Origin: a virus
Lineage: Duplodnaviria > Caudoviricetes
IMG/VR virus record: IMGVR_UViG_3300031758_000068
Coordinates: 1 to 63,596 of that record
Length of the DNA: 63,596 nt
Direction: 5' to 3' (one strand)
The position numbers and the translations under genes were made by a program. Each line of letters begins with the position of its first letter. Positions within the stretch are counted from its first letter, which is position 1. This document shows positions 45,006-54,780 of the stretch, one piece after another. Below the pieces are notes generated by a model that searched no databases, was not told the origin of the DNA, and saw only the letters and a program-made list of their open reading frames with translations.

Positions 45006-45036
45006 AGGTGTAATCCCTGCATTCTTTATTACAGGA

Positions 45037-46188
45037 TCATAAGAAGAATTGGTTAGAGTCACCCTCTTCCTCATCTTCAAAGTTCAAATCAAAATCAAAT
45101 TCAGTTGTAGTCTCAGTATTATCTACTGAGAACTTAACTCTTTCTGGTGCTACTGGAACTAACATCTGTTCCATAATAGCATCTTCTTCTTCATCAGTAA
45201 TAAAATCATCTATTACTACCGGTGCTTCAAAAGTATTACCTGCAGGATCAGTGTATTCAACTACATCTGGTTCAGGTTCACCTTCAATCTCAGCTACACG
45301 TTCAACATACTCTTGATCTGACTCAATGTGAATTACTATTTCCTCAGATGTTTCTCCTGTAAGCTCAGCAATCTGATCTAGGATATTAGTCTGATTAGGA
45401 ATAGCATTTAATGGATCTATCATAGGTACAGTAATCTCTACAGCTGGTGTGATAGGAGCTACAAGAACTTGACCTAAGTTGAACTCATTGCTAATGAACC
45501 AGTGTAGCATGCGTTGATCTTCCATCCATGTTCTTGGGTGAGACTGTTGCAATGCTACGGTAGCATGGTTATAGAAAGACCACAATGTATCTTTACCTCC
45601 GTTATAGAAAAAGCTTGGCTTATCCATCTGCTGGCGGATAATACTTGCTTGCTCAGTAGTCAAGATTTCATACTCTGCAAAGAGTACACCTAGAATCTCA
45701 GCTTGTCTTCTTGAACTAATAGATACTACTTTCATAGCATCTTTATCAGCAACTAGGTTATCATAGTACATCTGCGCATTAGTCAGGTGAGTCTGCATCA
45801 TTGCAATTGTATCAGCATCTGCAGTACCAGTATGCTTTCTTGCATATGTACCAATCTCACCACATAACATGACGGTTTGATTAGCGTGCACATAACCACC
45901 TACTGCACATTTAAATCTTATTTGTTTATTATAACTGTTTGTCCATGCAAACATAAGGGACATCTCTGGGTCTGAATTGTAATTCAGCTGGTAGATACCT
46001 TGAGCAATTTGCCCATCATGGGTTGCTCTATACTCTTCACTTTGTACAGTGAAACCCATTGCAGCAATCTCTGCAAGGGCATAATCCATAATTGATTTGT
46101 GAGAAATAACTGTGTACGTAGCAGCGTGAACTGGCAACGGAACAGCTTCCAGAGTAGCTCTGGTGATGTCTTGAATTTTTCTTGGCAT
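45037..46188 (-). CDS. DUF932-like protein with long acidic C-terminal tail
   Basis: TYTVISH...WTNSYNKQIRF..AVGG...RKHTG...TLWSFYNHAT pattern. The last ~120 aa are very rich in D/E. Confidence 0.55.
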   Translation of the reverse strand: MPRKIQDITRATLEAVPLPVHAATYTVISHKSIMDYALAEIAAMGFTVQSEEYRATHDGQIAQGIYQLNYNSDPEMSLMFAWTNSYNKQIRFKCAVGGYVHANQTVMLCGEIGTYARKHTGTADADTIAMMQTHLTNAQMYYDNLVADKDAMKVVSISSRRQAEILGVLFAEYEILTTEQASIIRQQMDKPSFFYNGGKDTLWSFYNHATVALQQSHPRTWMEDQRMLHWFISNEFNLGQVLVAPITPAVEITVPMIDPLNAIPNQTNILDQIAELTGETSEEIVIHIESDQEYVERVAEIEGEPEPDVVEYTDPAGNTFEAPVVIDDFITDEEEDAIMEQMLVPVAPERVKFSVDNTETTTEFDFDLNFEDEEEGDSNQFFL

Positions 46189-48359
46189 TAGAATAAACTT
46201 AATTGGTTTACATTTGGTTCTAGATTATAAATCTCCTTCATAATCTTTTCTAGATAGTAATCATAATTCAAATCATAGTCTTCAATATTCTTCTCTACAT
46301 AGTCAATGAACAGAGTCTGCATATACTTACCGGCTTCAGTCTGTGTATCACGACCATCAGTAAAGTTATATTTCATTATCTTACTGCCCTTATTAGACAT
46401 GTAATATCTAATAGTGTTTTGTACAGGTAATTCTACATAACTACCACCCACAGTAGGAGCAGTACGGCTAAACGCACCTTCAGTTGTTATACCAGTATTG
46501 GCTTCTTTATAAGCAGAATCACTTCTTACCCAGTTATCATCTGACCAAGACTCTTCCCAACCATTAGCAAGTAGATACTCTTTTTTCTGTTCAAGAGTAT
46601 ACTTTGCATATTCAGGATCTATTTCAGGTTTAAGAAACTTCTCAATAAACTTCCAATCACCTTTAATTTTCTTACCTGCACAAAAGTCAAATATGTTAGT
46701 TTGGGAATATATGAACTCTCTAGGGTCAATACCGTGGACAAAGTAATAGAAGATGCCTTTGGGAATTACCAAGTGACTCTTATTCTTATGCAGAGCCAAG
46801 TCAGCAAACTCAAATCTACCTTTACACTTTACAGCGCTATACTCATACACGCTAGGCATAATTTTGACAGTAGGATAATGCGGGAAGTCTTGTCTTATTC
46901 CAAGTATAGTATCATAATCAACACGCTTTGGCATGTTTACGGCAATGTAGTTATTTACATCACCTAAGATTATCTTGTCATACTTGTCATGCTCCAACTG
47001 AAGCTTGGTTATATCTTCCCACTGTTTACAGATTTCATAATACTTCTCTTCATACTCTCTTGGAATCATAGTCTCTAGACCATCAGTATTCTGCATCAAG
47101 GGTACAGCACCCGGTATACCTTCCGCTAGCATCTCATATAGCATAGCCAAACTCAACTGACCATTAATAGTGATACGCATAGTGAATTCAGGATCATACA
47201 GGAAACTGTTAGCATCATTACTCAAACCATAGGTTGAGTTAAGGATGATCTTGTATACATAGTTTCTGACATCTTTCTTACTGATCTTTTTTCTTTCATC
47301 AAAGAACCATTCATACTGTTCACAGAACTCTTTCTTGGGTAAATGCGCAGGAGCCCAGCCATTTCTAATTGCTAAGTTGGGATAATAACTGACAACATCT
47401 GAAGTCATGATAACCATATCTGCATTAGACTTGTAGACTCTACTTGCCCTGGCGCCATGAATACCACCCAAACCAAAGTCAGTCTTCACTCCTTTGTATT
47501 GGATAGAATATTTAAATCCACCTTTAGTTTCTTCTGGAAATACTATGGCTTCATTAAACTTACTAAGAAGCTTCTGAAAGGTTGCAGTGTTGAACTTTAT
47601 ATAATCTAGTATGATATCCTTGACTATAATCTGCTCACGCTTTGTTCTAAGCTGTTTAAGCTCATACTTTTTTATTCCAGTCTTCTGACTAAGGAAATGT
47701 AAGAATAACTCTTTAGAAATCCTTGGTTCAGATGCAGAGAACAAATTAATGTTGTACTCATCCGTGAGACTCTTGCGCAGCTCAATCTGCTTCTTACTCA
47801 GTTGCATGATAGCCTTGGTAGACTTAACATCATTCTTACAATAGTGAATCACTTCTTCTATCTGCTCAAATGTAGTAATCTCAGAACTATGGTGTATGGG
47901 CATATCAACAATGTTGTGCCAATCCATGGTGTACTGAATCCACTTCAGGCTTGATCTTTTAGCCGGGTTATCCCAGTGATTCAACTTGAATACATCTACC
48001 TGATTAATCTGGATGTCCTTTGGACTAAACTCCAGAAAGTTACCTTCATCTTGACTCTGTATAATATTCTGTGCTTTGCCATATAGCCATTCAGCTATCT
48101 CACATCCACCCATTTCTCTGAGCTGATCAGAGTTACGCAGAATATACTCAGTAATCTGACTGTCAAATCCGAGACCATTGAAACTAACATGCCACTCATC
48201 AAGAGTAATGTTTCTTTCTAAGAACTCTATAAGAGCATCTATGTCATTCTGCAAATCATGTACAATGAATACTTCAGTGTCTTCAGACTTTACGCTTTCA
48301 AATACGGCTATGAAACAATTACTCAAAGTCTCATAGTCCATTACCCAATGTGTTCTCAT
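46188..48359 (-). CDS. polB: Family B DNA polymerase
   Basis: ExoI DYET, ExoII FNGLGFD, ExoIII YCKND, motif A SDVVSYYPN, motif B YKIILNSTYG, motif C NTDG. ATG at 48359 (the track's TTG start is 48365). Confidence 0.95.
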   Translation of the reverse strand: MRTHWVMDYETLSNCFIAVFESVKSEDTEVFIVHDLQNDIDALIEFLERNITLDEWHVSFNGLGFDSQITEYILRNSDQLREMGGCEIAEWLYGKAQNIIQSQDEGNFLEFSPKDIQINQVDVFKLNHWDNPAKRSSLKWIQYTMDWHNIVDMPIHHSSEITTFEQIEEVIHYCKNDVKSTKAIMQLSKKQIELRKSLTDEYNINLFSASEPRISKELFLHFLSQKTGIKKYELKQLRTKREQIIVKDIILDYIKFNTATFQKLLSKFNEAIVFPEETKGGFKYSIQYKGVKTDFGLGGIHGARASRVYKSNADMVIMTSDVVSYYPNLAIRNGWAPAHLPKKEFCEQYEWFFDERKKISKKDVRNYVYKIILNSTYGLSNDANSFLYDPEFTMRITINGQLSLAMLYEMLAEGIPGAVPLMQNTDGLETMIPREYEEKYYEICKQWEDITKLQLEHDKYDKIILGDVNNYIAVNMPKRVDYDTILGIRQDFPHYPTVKIMPSVYEYSAVKCKGRFEFADLALHKNKSHLVIPKGIFYYFVHGIDPREFIYSQTNIFDFCAGKKIKGDWKFIEKFLKPEIDPEYAKYTLEQKKEYLLANGWEESWSDDNWVRSDSAYKEANTGITTEGAFSRTAPTVGGSYVELPVQNTIRYYMSNKGSKIMKYNFTDGRDTQTEAGKYMQTLFIDYVEKNIEDYDLNYDYYLEKIMKEIYNLEPNVNQLSLF

Positions 48360-48376
48360 ACTCAAATTTTATACAT

Positions 48377-48414
48377 AAGAAAAGGGGAGATAGAACTTGA
48401 CAACTACCTCCCCT
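48377..48414 (-). terminator. Intrinsic terminator-like hairpin
   Basis: Minus strand AGGGGAGGTAG...CTATCTCCCCTTTTCTT, located between the gene ending at 48435 and polB. Confidence 0.7.
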
Positions 48415-48434
48415 CATCAACTGCCTGACAGGGC

Positions 48435-48815
48435 TTATTTTTTGGCTTCTAGGAATGATTTCCAATCCATGTCTTTCTGGTTAATTGCAAAGAACTCTAC
48501 CAAAGACTTAATAGCATCTACATCTTCAATATAGTACTCTTGGAAAGTCTCAATAGTTTTTCTTTCTTCCTTAACCGTTCTACCGTTAGCTCTTTTAGTT
48601 TTCAGTGGAGACGGGTCCCCGTTCTCATCAAGCTTAGGCAACATATGCAATGTTGTCTTGCTTAATTTACTGATAATTACAAATACCTTGGTAGCTGGAT
48701 CATAAATACATTCTACATAAGGACAGTCTTCAGTGACAGGGATTAATCTAAATGTTTCCCCTTCATTCCACGAAGACTTGACAACGTACATGTTGCCGCC
48801 AATAACTCTACTCAT
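48435..48815 (-). CDS. Hypothetical protein
   Basis: 126-aa ORF with ATG start, co-oriented, followed by a terminator. Confidence 0.75.
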   Translation of the reverse strand: MSRVIGGNMYVVKSSWNEGETFRLIPVTEDCPYVECIYDPATKVFVIISKLSKTTLHMLPKLDENGDPSPLKTKRANGRTVKEERKTIETFQEYYIEDVDAIKSLVEFFAINQKDMDWKSFLEAKK

Positions 48816-48843
48816 ACTGTTGGTTGTTTTTAATTGTTACAAA

Positions 48844-49410
48844 TTAACCTAGAATTTTCTTGTTTTCCAAATTGCTAACTGTTGCTGTGAGATTTTCCTT
48901 CTCTAGGTCTGGTTTACTACATAGTTCACCAACACTTCTTAAGAATGATTCATCTACACCAAGTAAACTTGCATACAAGCTAAAGAATCTTTCCGGGAAA
49001 AGATAACTTTCCATGTAGGTGTAGCTACCATTTGTTTTGTCAAAGTGATTTAAAATTTTGCGCTTTATTTGCGGGTCCATTTGGCTGTACTTGCCATCCG
49101 CCATCTTCTGATAATCATCTTTCAAATCATTATAATCAAATGTCAAGATATTTTGAGTCTCATTCAGTTCTACATAATCACATAATCTCTCATGCTTTAG
49201 TATTACTGTCTTCTCAAAGTTCTTGTGCACTTGATCCGTTCTTTTTGGATAGATTGCAATCAGCTTTATATCCTCGGGAGTTAAGTAACCATCCCAAGAC
49301 AAATATGTCTGTTCAGGAACTACTGGACTACCTAATTTAATTCCAAGGAGCGGATATAAAAACACCTTGGACTTTTGAAAATAGCTCTTATAAAGCGCAT
49401 CAATTGCCAT
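48844..49410 (-). CDS. Hypothetical protein
   Basis: 188-aa ORF tightly packed in the operon. Confidence 0.75.
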   Translation of the reverse strand: MAIDALYKSYFQKSKVFLYPLLGIKLGSPVVPEQTYLSWDGYLTPEDIKLIAIYPKRTDQVHKNFEKTVILKHERLCDYVELNETQNILTFDYNDLKDDYQKMADGKYSQMDPQIKRKILNHFDKTNGSYTYMESYLFPERFFSLYASLLGVDESFLRSVGELCSKPDLEKENLTATVSNLENKKILG

Positions 49411-49415
49411 AAATT

Positions 49416-50435
49416 CTACAATTTTACATTACCAATAGCTAACTCATATGGTAAAGTATAATCTCTGTTCTCATAATGATAATTCAACACATTAAGTAGA
49501 CCAGAGAAATCCTCCATCCATATTGCTAGCGTTTCATCTGAAACCTGGAATGGATAAACCTGATTATACTTATCTATTACAATAAATGTAAACACAATTT
49601 TCCATTCATTAGCATCCTCTTTTTGTTTGATTAGATTGTTGAACCCCATGATACAATAGATTGCCGCCTGAACATCATAGCGGTAGAACTCTACAGTACT
49701 AGGGAAGCTTTGAATGGATTTGTTGGTTGTCTTAAGGTCATTGATAAAGATAGTCTTGGTGTTTTCATCCACCACTATGTTATCAGCAAAACCTTTCAGA
49801 CCAAACTTGAAATCAATGAGTTCTGTTTTGAGTGATACTTCATTGTAAACAGTTACGCCATTAGAGTTATCATGACCTAATTGTAGAAGCCCCATTACCC
49901 TGTCATCTGCTTTGAGGCTAATTAATGATTCTTCTGCCTTTGACTTTACAGAAGCATCAATAACTGTCTTTGATTCTTTGATTTTTAGAAATGTGAAATA
50001 CTCTTTGTTGTTATCTGTAAGTATCTTGTCAAGTCTCTGCGTATCCGTCTTGAGTGATTGGTAGAGATTATTTACGAGTAACTGATTGAGTATATCTGTA
50101 GGGAAGTCTTCCAAAGTTAATGTTTCATTTTGTAATGGCAAGTAATTGTGATAGAAAATATGTTCTAAAATTGTCTTGTTGCTATCTGTGGGAATCTTCC
50201 CCGGTAGCATTACAAACTGATCATCAAATTTATCTGGTTCCAGTAACAGACAGTGCAGAGCCCTACCTGCAATGAGGTGGGCATCTGTACTATCTTCTTT
50301 CTGGTTGAGAATGTAATGGTTGTAGAACCATCTTGGGGATTGTAAAAGCTTATTTATTCCTGAGTAGCTAAAATAAAACTTCTCATTATAGAACCGGGTT
50401 AAGTCCGAGTTCAGGGAGTCCAGGCTCAATGACAT
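49416..50435 (-). CDS. PD-(D/E)xK exonuclease (RecE/ExoVIII, DUF3799-like)
   Basis: FSYSGIN...GRALHCLLLEP...LKGFADNI...INDLKTT...YDVQAAIY. Confidence 0.85.
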   Translation of the reverse strand: MSLSLDSLNSDLTRFYNEKFYFSYSGINKLLQSPRWFYNHYILNQKEDSTDAHLIAGRALHCLLLEPDKFDDQFVMLPGKIPTDSNKTILEHIFYHNYLPLQNETLTLEDFPTDILNQLLVNNLYQSLKTDTQRLDKILTDNNKEYFTFLKIKESKTVIDASVKSKAEESLISLKADDRVMGLLQLGHDNSNGVTVYNEVSLKTELIDFKFGLKGFADNIVVDENTKTIFINDLKTTNKSIQSFPSTVEFYRYDVQAAIYCIMGFNNLIKQKEDANEWKIVFTFIVIDKYNQVYPFQVSDETLAIWMEDFSGLLNVLNYHYENRDYTLPYELAIGNVKL

Positions 50436-51534
50436 CTTCTTTTTTATTTGGTGTAAATATTTCTACTCTTTTGACTAATTGCTTCTCAAGTATCTGAGAT
50501 ATCTCATCACTGAAAGTTACAGCTTGTACTTTAAAGTAGGTACTGCTAGAATAATTTGATATTTCTTCATAATAATGCTTAAGCAATATACTCATGTTCT
50601 CTATAGTAACGGCTTCTTTCCTAAGCAGAATCTTGACAATATCATCTTTGTATATTGAACTTGGATGAATATCTAGATATGCACAGAGACCTTTGAAGTT
50701 AACATGATTTCTACTTCTTTGATTAGAAATTGGTATACCATATTTTTCAAACAAAATAAGAAGATAGACAAGACTATCAAAGTAATTTGAGTTAGCCATG
50801 ATTTCCATAGCCAACACAGCATTATCTTGATCATTACTTATAAACATATCAGAGAGAGTCTTGAACATAGTTTCATCTATAGTAACTGCATCAGTACCAT
50901 TAATATACTTCAGAAGACTATCTTCAAAGTAAAGGTCTCTTGTACTTAGATCCTTGTACACTTCTTTATAGTCATCTTTGATGTAATGGAAAGATGAGCT
51001 ACTCCTATAATCTTGGTCTTTAATTTGACCTGGGATAAAAGCATACTGTGTTAGTAGTCTAATATCACTCCAGTCATTTATTACCACGTATTCATTAGTA
51101 TAAAACTCTAGAGCTGTATTAACCTTATCAACATAATACTGGTCAATGTTTATATCAACCTGTAAGGTATTAATGAAGTTTTTGAATGCTTCCGTTTTAA
51201 TTCTATACAACCATGTATAGTCAGACATCACATCAGCAGTCTTTCTACCAATAATTACTTTGTCAGCTTGATCTATGTCTCTTACAGTTTTTACTCCAAA
51301 CTCATTATAGATATTCTTCATCTTTACTCTTGGAATAGTTACTCCCGCAGCAAGATATAGTTTATCTTTTTGTTGAAGATCAACATCTGCAGCAACATTT
51401 TCAAACTTAAATTGACTACCAAATTCACCCTCAAGGGCTTCAATTTTTAGGTCAACTTTAAAATCTTTTAAGCGAGCTGTATCCATGAAATCTCTATTGA
51501 GAATATCAAAATCAAATTTTAAATATGTTTCCAT
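50386..51534 (-). CDS. Hypothetical protein downstream of the MoxR/vWA pair (possible BRCT-like segment)
   Basis: 382-aa ORF. PRVKMK...GVKTVRDIDQADKVIIG resembles a BRCT-like element. Carries the MxxSxDxDN motif. Confidence 0.65.
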   Translation of the reverse strand: METYLKFDFDILNRDFMDTARLKDFKVDLKIEALEGEFGSQFKFENVAADVDLQQKDKLYLAAGVTIPRVKMKNIYNEFGVKTVRDIDQADKVIIGRKTADVMSDYTWLYRIKTEAFKNFINTLQVDINIDQYYVDKVNTALEFYTNEYVVINDWSDIRLLTQYAFIPGQIKDQDYRSSSSFHYIKDDYKEVYKDLSTRDLYFEDSLLKYINGTDAVTIDETMFKTLSDMFISNDQDNAVLAMEIMANSNYFDSLVYLLILFEKYGIPISNQRSRNHVNFKGLCAYLDIHPSSIYKDDIVKILLRKEAVTIENMSILLKHYYEEISNYSSSTYFKVQAVTFSDEISQILEKQLVKRVEIFTPNKKEDVIEPGLPELGLNPVL

Positions 51535-51549
51535 GCTTTGATTAAATTA

Positions 51550-51577
51550 GATAAGGCAGGAATTACCCTGCCCTATC
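51550..51577 (-). terminator. Hairpin downstream of the MoxR ATPase gene
   Basis: Minus strand GATAGGGCAGG-GTAATT-CCTGCCTTATC, with a weak U tract. Confidence 0.5.
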
Positions 51578-51631
51578 ATTGTTTTAGAATAGTAAGAAGT
51601 TCCTTTGGAGGGGAACTGTTTTACACTTGTT

Positions 51632-52807
51632 TTACTTGACAGCCATCTTCACTACCTGTGCATTCATCATTAGTTTTTGCCATTTGGTCTTATTTCCATT
51701 GACAATCTCTTTAACCATAAAATACTTTAAGTCATCAGAGAATGAATCACAGTCTGTAAGTAGTCTAATCATACGGTTAACCATTGCATCTGGAACAGAT
51801 TTCTCTTGTGCATGCACTAGACAATAGTTAATAATACGAGTAGCCATTACACTAGAAATATCTGCACGGAAATTATCTCCTGCGCCAATCACAGAGTTCA
51901 AAGCACCAATAACATAAGACTCACTAGCATTAGTAAGAACCTCATGTGGCGGAATAATCTTATCCATCTGATTATTGATAAACATAGTGAATAGAGAAGA
52001 TACCTCTGGACCTACTGAACCTTCACCAATCATTTGGATAACCGGTAGCTCATCTTCAAACTTTACAATAGAGCTAATAGAGTTAAAGAAAGTAGTAATA
52101 GCTCTTGGATTAACAGAAGTAGTTACTACCTCTGGATTCATCAACAAGAAGTTAATACATCTACCGTCAATACCAACTGATTCTGCCCAACGAGCCCATA
52201 CAGAAGCATCAAACTTTACCTCAGTAGAGATAAATCTGGTCTTCTGAGCTATGTCAAGAGAAGTAACGTTATAGTCACCATTGTCCGGATTGGTAGTCAA
52301 TACAATATGCCAGTTCTTTGGTAGCTTCCATGAGATATACTCTTGCCGGTCAATTAACTCCATAGTGGCTTGCATAAATCTTTGGTCAGCACGAGTATAG
52401 TCATCCAAGATTAGGAAACCACCCTCTTGTTGTCCCTGAATCCATTCAGGAGCAGCATGTGACATTCTACTTTGACTTGTAGGTCTAAATCCACCTTTGA
52501 CATATGTCTCAAGCAAAGTTTCTTGAACCCATTTCTTAGCACCGTCTTTGTTCTCAACTTCAAACTCTTTGAATGGAAAACCAACCAAGTCACCCAACTC
52601 CTCAATCTGACTCAAGTTAAGCTTAATAACAGCCATGTTCATCTCTTTAGCCAACTGCATTAGAGATGATGTCTTACCAAGACCAGCATCACCCTCAATA
52701 TTTACAGCTACAGGAACTTTGCCCTGAGCTTGAATGAACTGGTTATTCTTAACCATATGTCCCAAAAACGCCTTTAATTCATCAATGTTTAATTGTACTT
52801 GTGCCAT
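51632..52807 (-). CDS. MoxR-type AAA+ ATPase
   Basis: Walker A GDAGLGKT, Walker B LILDD, sensor TTNP and arginine finger KTRF. Adjacent to a vWA gene. Confidence 0.88.
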   Translation of the reverse strand: MAQVQLNIDELKAFLGHMVKNNQFIQAQGKVPVAVNIEGDAGLGKTSSLMQLAKEMNMAVIKLNLSQIEELGDLVGFPFKEFEVENKDGAKKWVQETLLETYVKGGFRPTSQSRMSHAAPEWIQGQQEGGFLILDDYTRADQRFMQATMELIDRQEYISWKLPKNWHIVLTTNPDNGDYNVTSLDIAQKTRFISTEVKFDASVWARWAESVGIDGRCINFLLMNPEVVTTSVNPRAITTFFNSISSIVKFEDELPVIQMIGEGSVGPEVSSLFTMFINNQMDKIIPPHEVLTNASESYVIGALNSVIGAGDNFRADISSVMATRIINYCLVHAQEKSVPDAMVNRMIRLLTDCDSFSDDLKYFMVKEIVNGNKTKWQKLMMNAQVVKMAVK

Positions 52808-52818
52808 TTTTTCTTTTT

Positions 52819-54051
52819 TTAGAGTTCTAACTTAATCACTTTGCCAGGAAGGCTATCATTCATACTTGATCTTTCAGACAGCACCCATAGTACAGGTGCT
52901 TTTGGTTGAACATTAGTCCAACATTCACCATCTGTGAAATATACAAGACTTGTATACTTTCTAAGATTGGCGTTATAATATTCTAGGACGGGATCAAATT
53001 CAGTCCCACCTCTTCCATGAACTACAAGATCTTTCTTAGGATCAAATGGTTCAATGGATTTAATAGATGTATCACACTGTATGATGGTTACATCTACACC
53101 ACACTTATGAATGTGATAAATCTCACTCATAAACTCTTTAAGTTCATTGTCACTTACAGAACCTGAAGTATCTATAGCCAACAGCATGTGTTGTCTCATC
53201 TTAATCTTCAGACCTGGATTGTCAGAATATCTTCTATTCTCTTTTCTTCTAAGCTTCTTAGTAAAGATCTTAGTAGATGTACCTGTAAATCTTCTTACAT
53301 AACCACGCCAATCAAACTTTGGCTTTTCCAATTGTTGGAGTTTCTCAAGTAGCTGTTGGATGTTACCCGGTACAGTACCTCTCTTCTTTACAGTTTGTTC
53401 TGCGGCTTCAGTAAGAATTCTTTGAACTTGCTGTTCAATTAGTTTCTGCTCTGCCTCAGACAAATCTTCAAACTCTTCCCATGTACCATGTTCTGGAACT
53501 TGAACTTCACCTTCAGCACCATTACCACCCAATTGAATAGTAATAGTACCTTGACCTTGTTCTACACCATCAAGTAGTTTATCCATGTTGGGAGAACCAC
53601 AAGTACCATTCTGTTTCTTATCTTCTTTGGCTTCTTTAAGCTGTTCATAGTAATACCTACAGCCTGCCATTCTTTCAAGATTCAACTCAGGATAGTCATC
53701 AATGTTGATACCACCTTCAGGAAGATAATCTTTGTCAATATACTGATTGATCTCCATGTCCATAGCTATATTAGCCAACTTATGGTCAGGGAACTTAAAA
53801 TACTGTGTCAGGTGGAAGAAAGCAATATGCAATAGCTCATGCTTTAGTAAACCTACACGATGATTCTCTGGTAAGTTACTCCAGAAATCTTCATTGATAG
53901 CAAGCTGATAGTTAATACCATTCTTGCTTACACCTGCTGTTGGAACTCTATTAGTCCAAATCTTGTTGAGCATGATAAGAAAGAAACCATAAAACGGCTC
54001 TTTCCACATCAACTCTTTGCTGGCTTTACCCAGTTGATCATGTTTACTCAT
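52819..54051 (-). CDS. Metallopeptidase-vWA protein (DUF2201-like)
   Basis: HELLH...NIAMDMEIN in the N-terminal half. MIDAS IDTSGS, GGT and FTDG in the C-terminal half. Confidence 0.88.
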   Translation of the reverse strand: MSKHDQLGKASKELMWKEPFYGFFLIMLNKIWTNRVPTAGVSKNGINYQLAINEDFWSNLPENHRVGLLKHELLHIAFFHLTQYFKFPDHKLANIAMDMEINQYIDKDYLPEGGINIDDYPELNLERMAGCRYYYEQLKEAKEDKKQNGTCGSPNMDKLLDGVEQGQGTITIQLGGNGAEGEVQVPEHGTWEEFEDLSEAEQKLIEQQVQRILTEAAEQTVKKRGTVPGNIQQLLEKLQQLEKPKFDWRGYVRRFTGTSTKIFTKKLRRKENRRYSDNPGLKIKMRQHMLLAIDTSGSVSDNELKEFMSEIYHIHKCGVDVTIIQCDTSIKSIEPFDPKKDLVVHGRGGTEFDPVLEYYNANLRKYTSLVYFTDGECWTNVQPKAPVLWVLSERSSMNDSLPGKVIKLEL

Positions 54052-54439
54052 CTTTCAACTTTATATTGATGTCTAATTTGTCTACGGGGTACCCCATAGT
54101 ATCTAACATTGATGCGAGTTGCTTCACATGTCTTTCCAAAAACATGCTTACAATCTCATTTTTATTCTTGTTCTCAATCATGATAGCCAATGCCTTAGCA
54201 TATGTCAGCGGTTGTTCCATGTCAAAGTGCTTCTTTAACTGCTTATATGCAGTCGGTGAGTGCTCTTCCCATTGAGACTTGTCTGGCTTACCAAACTTAT
54301 ACAGATACGCTAAATACCCAATTTCATCCTTCTTAAACTTGTATGCATTGATTGCCTGGAATGCTACATATGCATTGTCTTTGTCTTCAGAGGTCAACAT
54401 GTTTAGAAGTGTCTCTGCTTCTTGCTTGTTTAAATTCAT
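54044..54439 (-). CDS. Hypothetical protein
   Basis: 131-aa ORF coupled to both neighbours, carrying the MLTSEDKDN motif. Confidence 0.7.
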   Translation of the reverse strand: MNLNKQEAETLLNMLTSEDKDNAYVAFQAINAYKFKKDEIGYLAYLYKFGKPDKSQWEEHSPTAYKQLKKHFDMEQPLTYAKALAIMIENKNKNEIVSMFLERHVKQLASMLDTMGYPVDKLDINIKLKDE

Positions 54440-54780
54440 CAGTCTTCAATTTTTAACGTTTTAATCATCCATTCTGTGGGCTTATTAATGTTGTCAACCC
54501 ACTCTTTTGCCGTAGGAATATAGCCGTTGCAGTCTTCTTTGACATGCTGTTCACCTATATACCTTGTATATACTTTCTTTCCATTAGAGTTAATAATGTA
54601 TGGACCAAAGATTCTTTCACATTCAAAGATACCTTCACTGTGGTGTCTGAACATTCTGTGTTTAGAATGCGCAATCCAACTCTTAGTCTCATCAAACCAT
54701 TCATGAATCTTTTGATAATCCTCCGGCAAACCACCAAACTTTCTAGCTGATGATTTAGCATGCTCACAAGGATGTGCCAT
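54439..54780 (-). CDS. His-rich small protein, DUF6915-like
   Basis: MAHP..HA.SSARKFGG..EDY..IH.WFD...HR..RHHSEGIF...GEQHVKED pattern. Confidence 0.7.
   Translation of the reverse strand: MAHPCEHAKSSARKFGGLPEDYQKIHEWFDETKSWIAHSKHRMFRHHSEGIFECERIFGPYIINSNGKKVYTRYIGEQHVKEDCNGYIPTAKEWVDNINKPTEWMIKTLKIED

Noticed and set aside
25880-48359. Inteins or self-splicing introns in the RNAP or PolB
   Set aside because: No split ORFs, intein N-/C-terminal signatures or LAGLIDADG motifs were seen; the RNAP has no internal Cys.
51598-51617. Second hairpin AGTTCC-N8-GGAACT in the MoxR downstream gap as a structured ncRNA
   Set aside because: A 6-bp stem in a gap under 100 bp; indistinguishable from chance or part of the terminator region.
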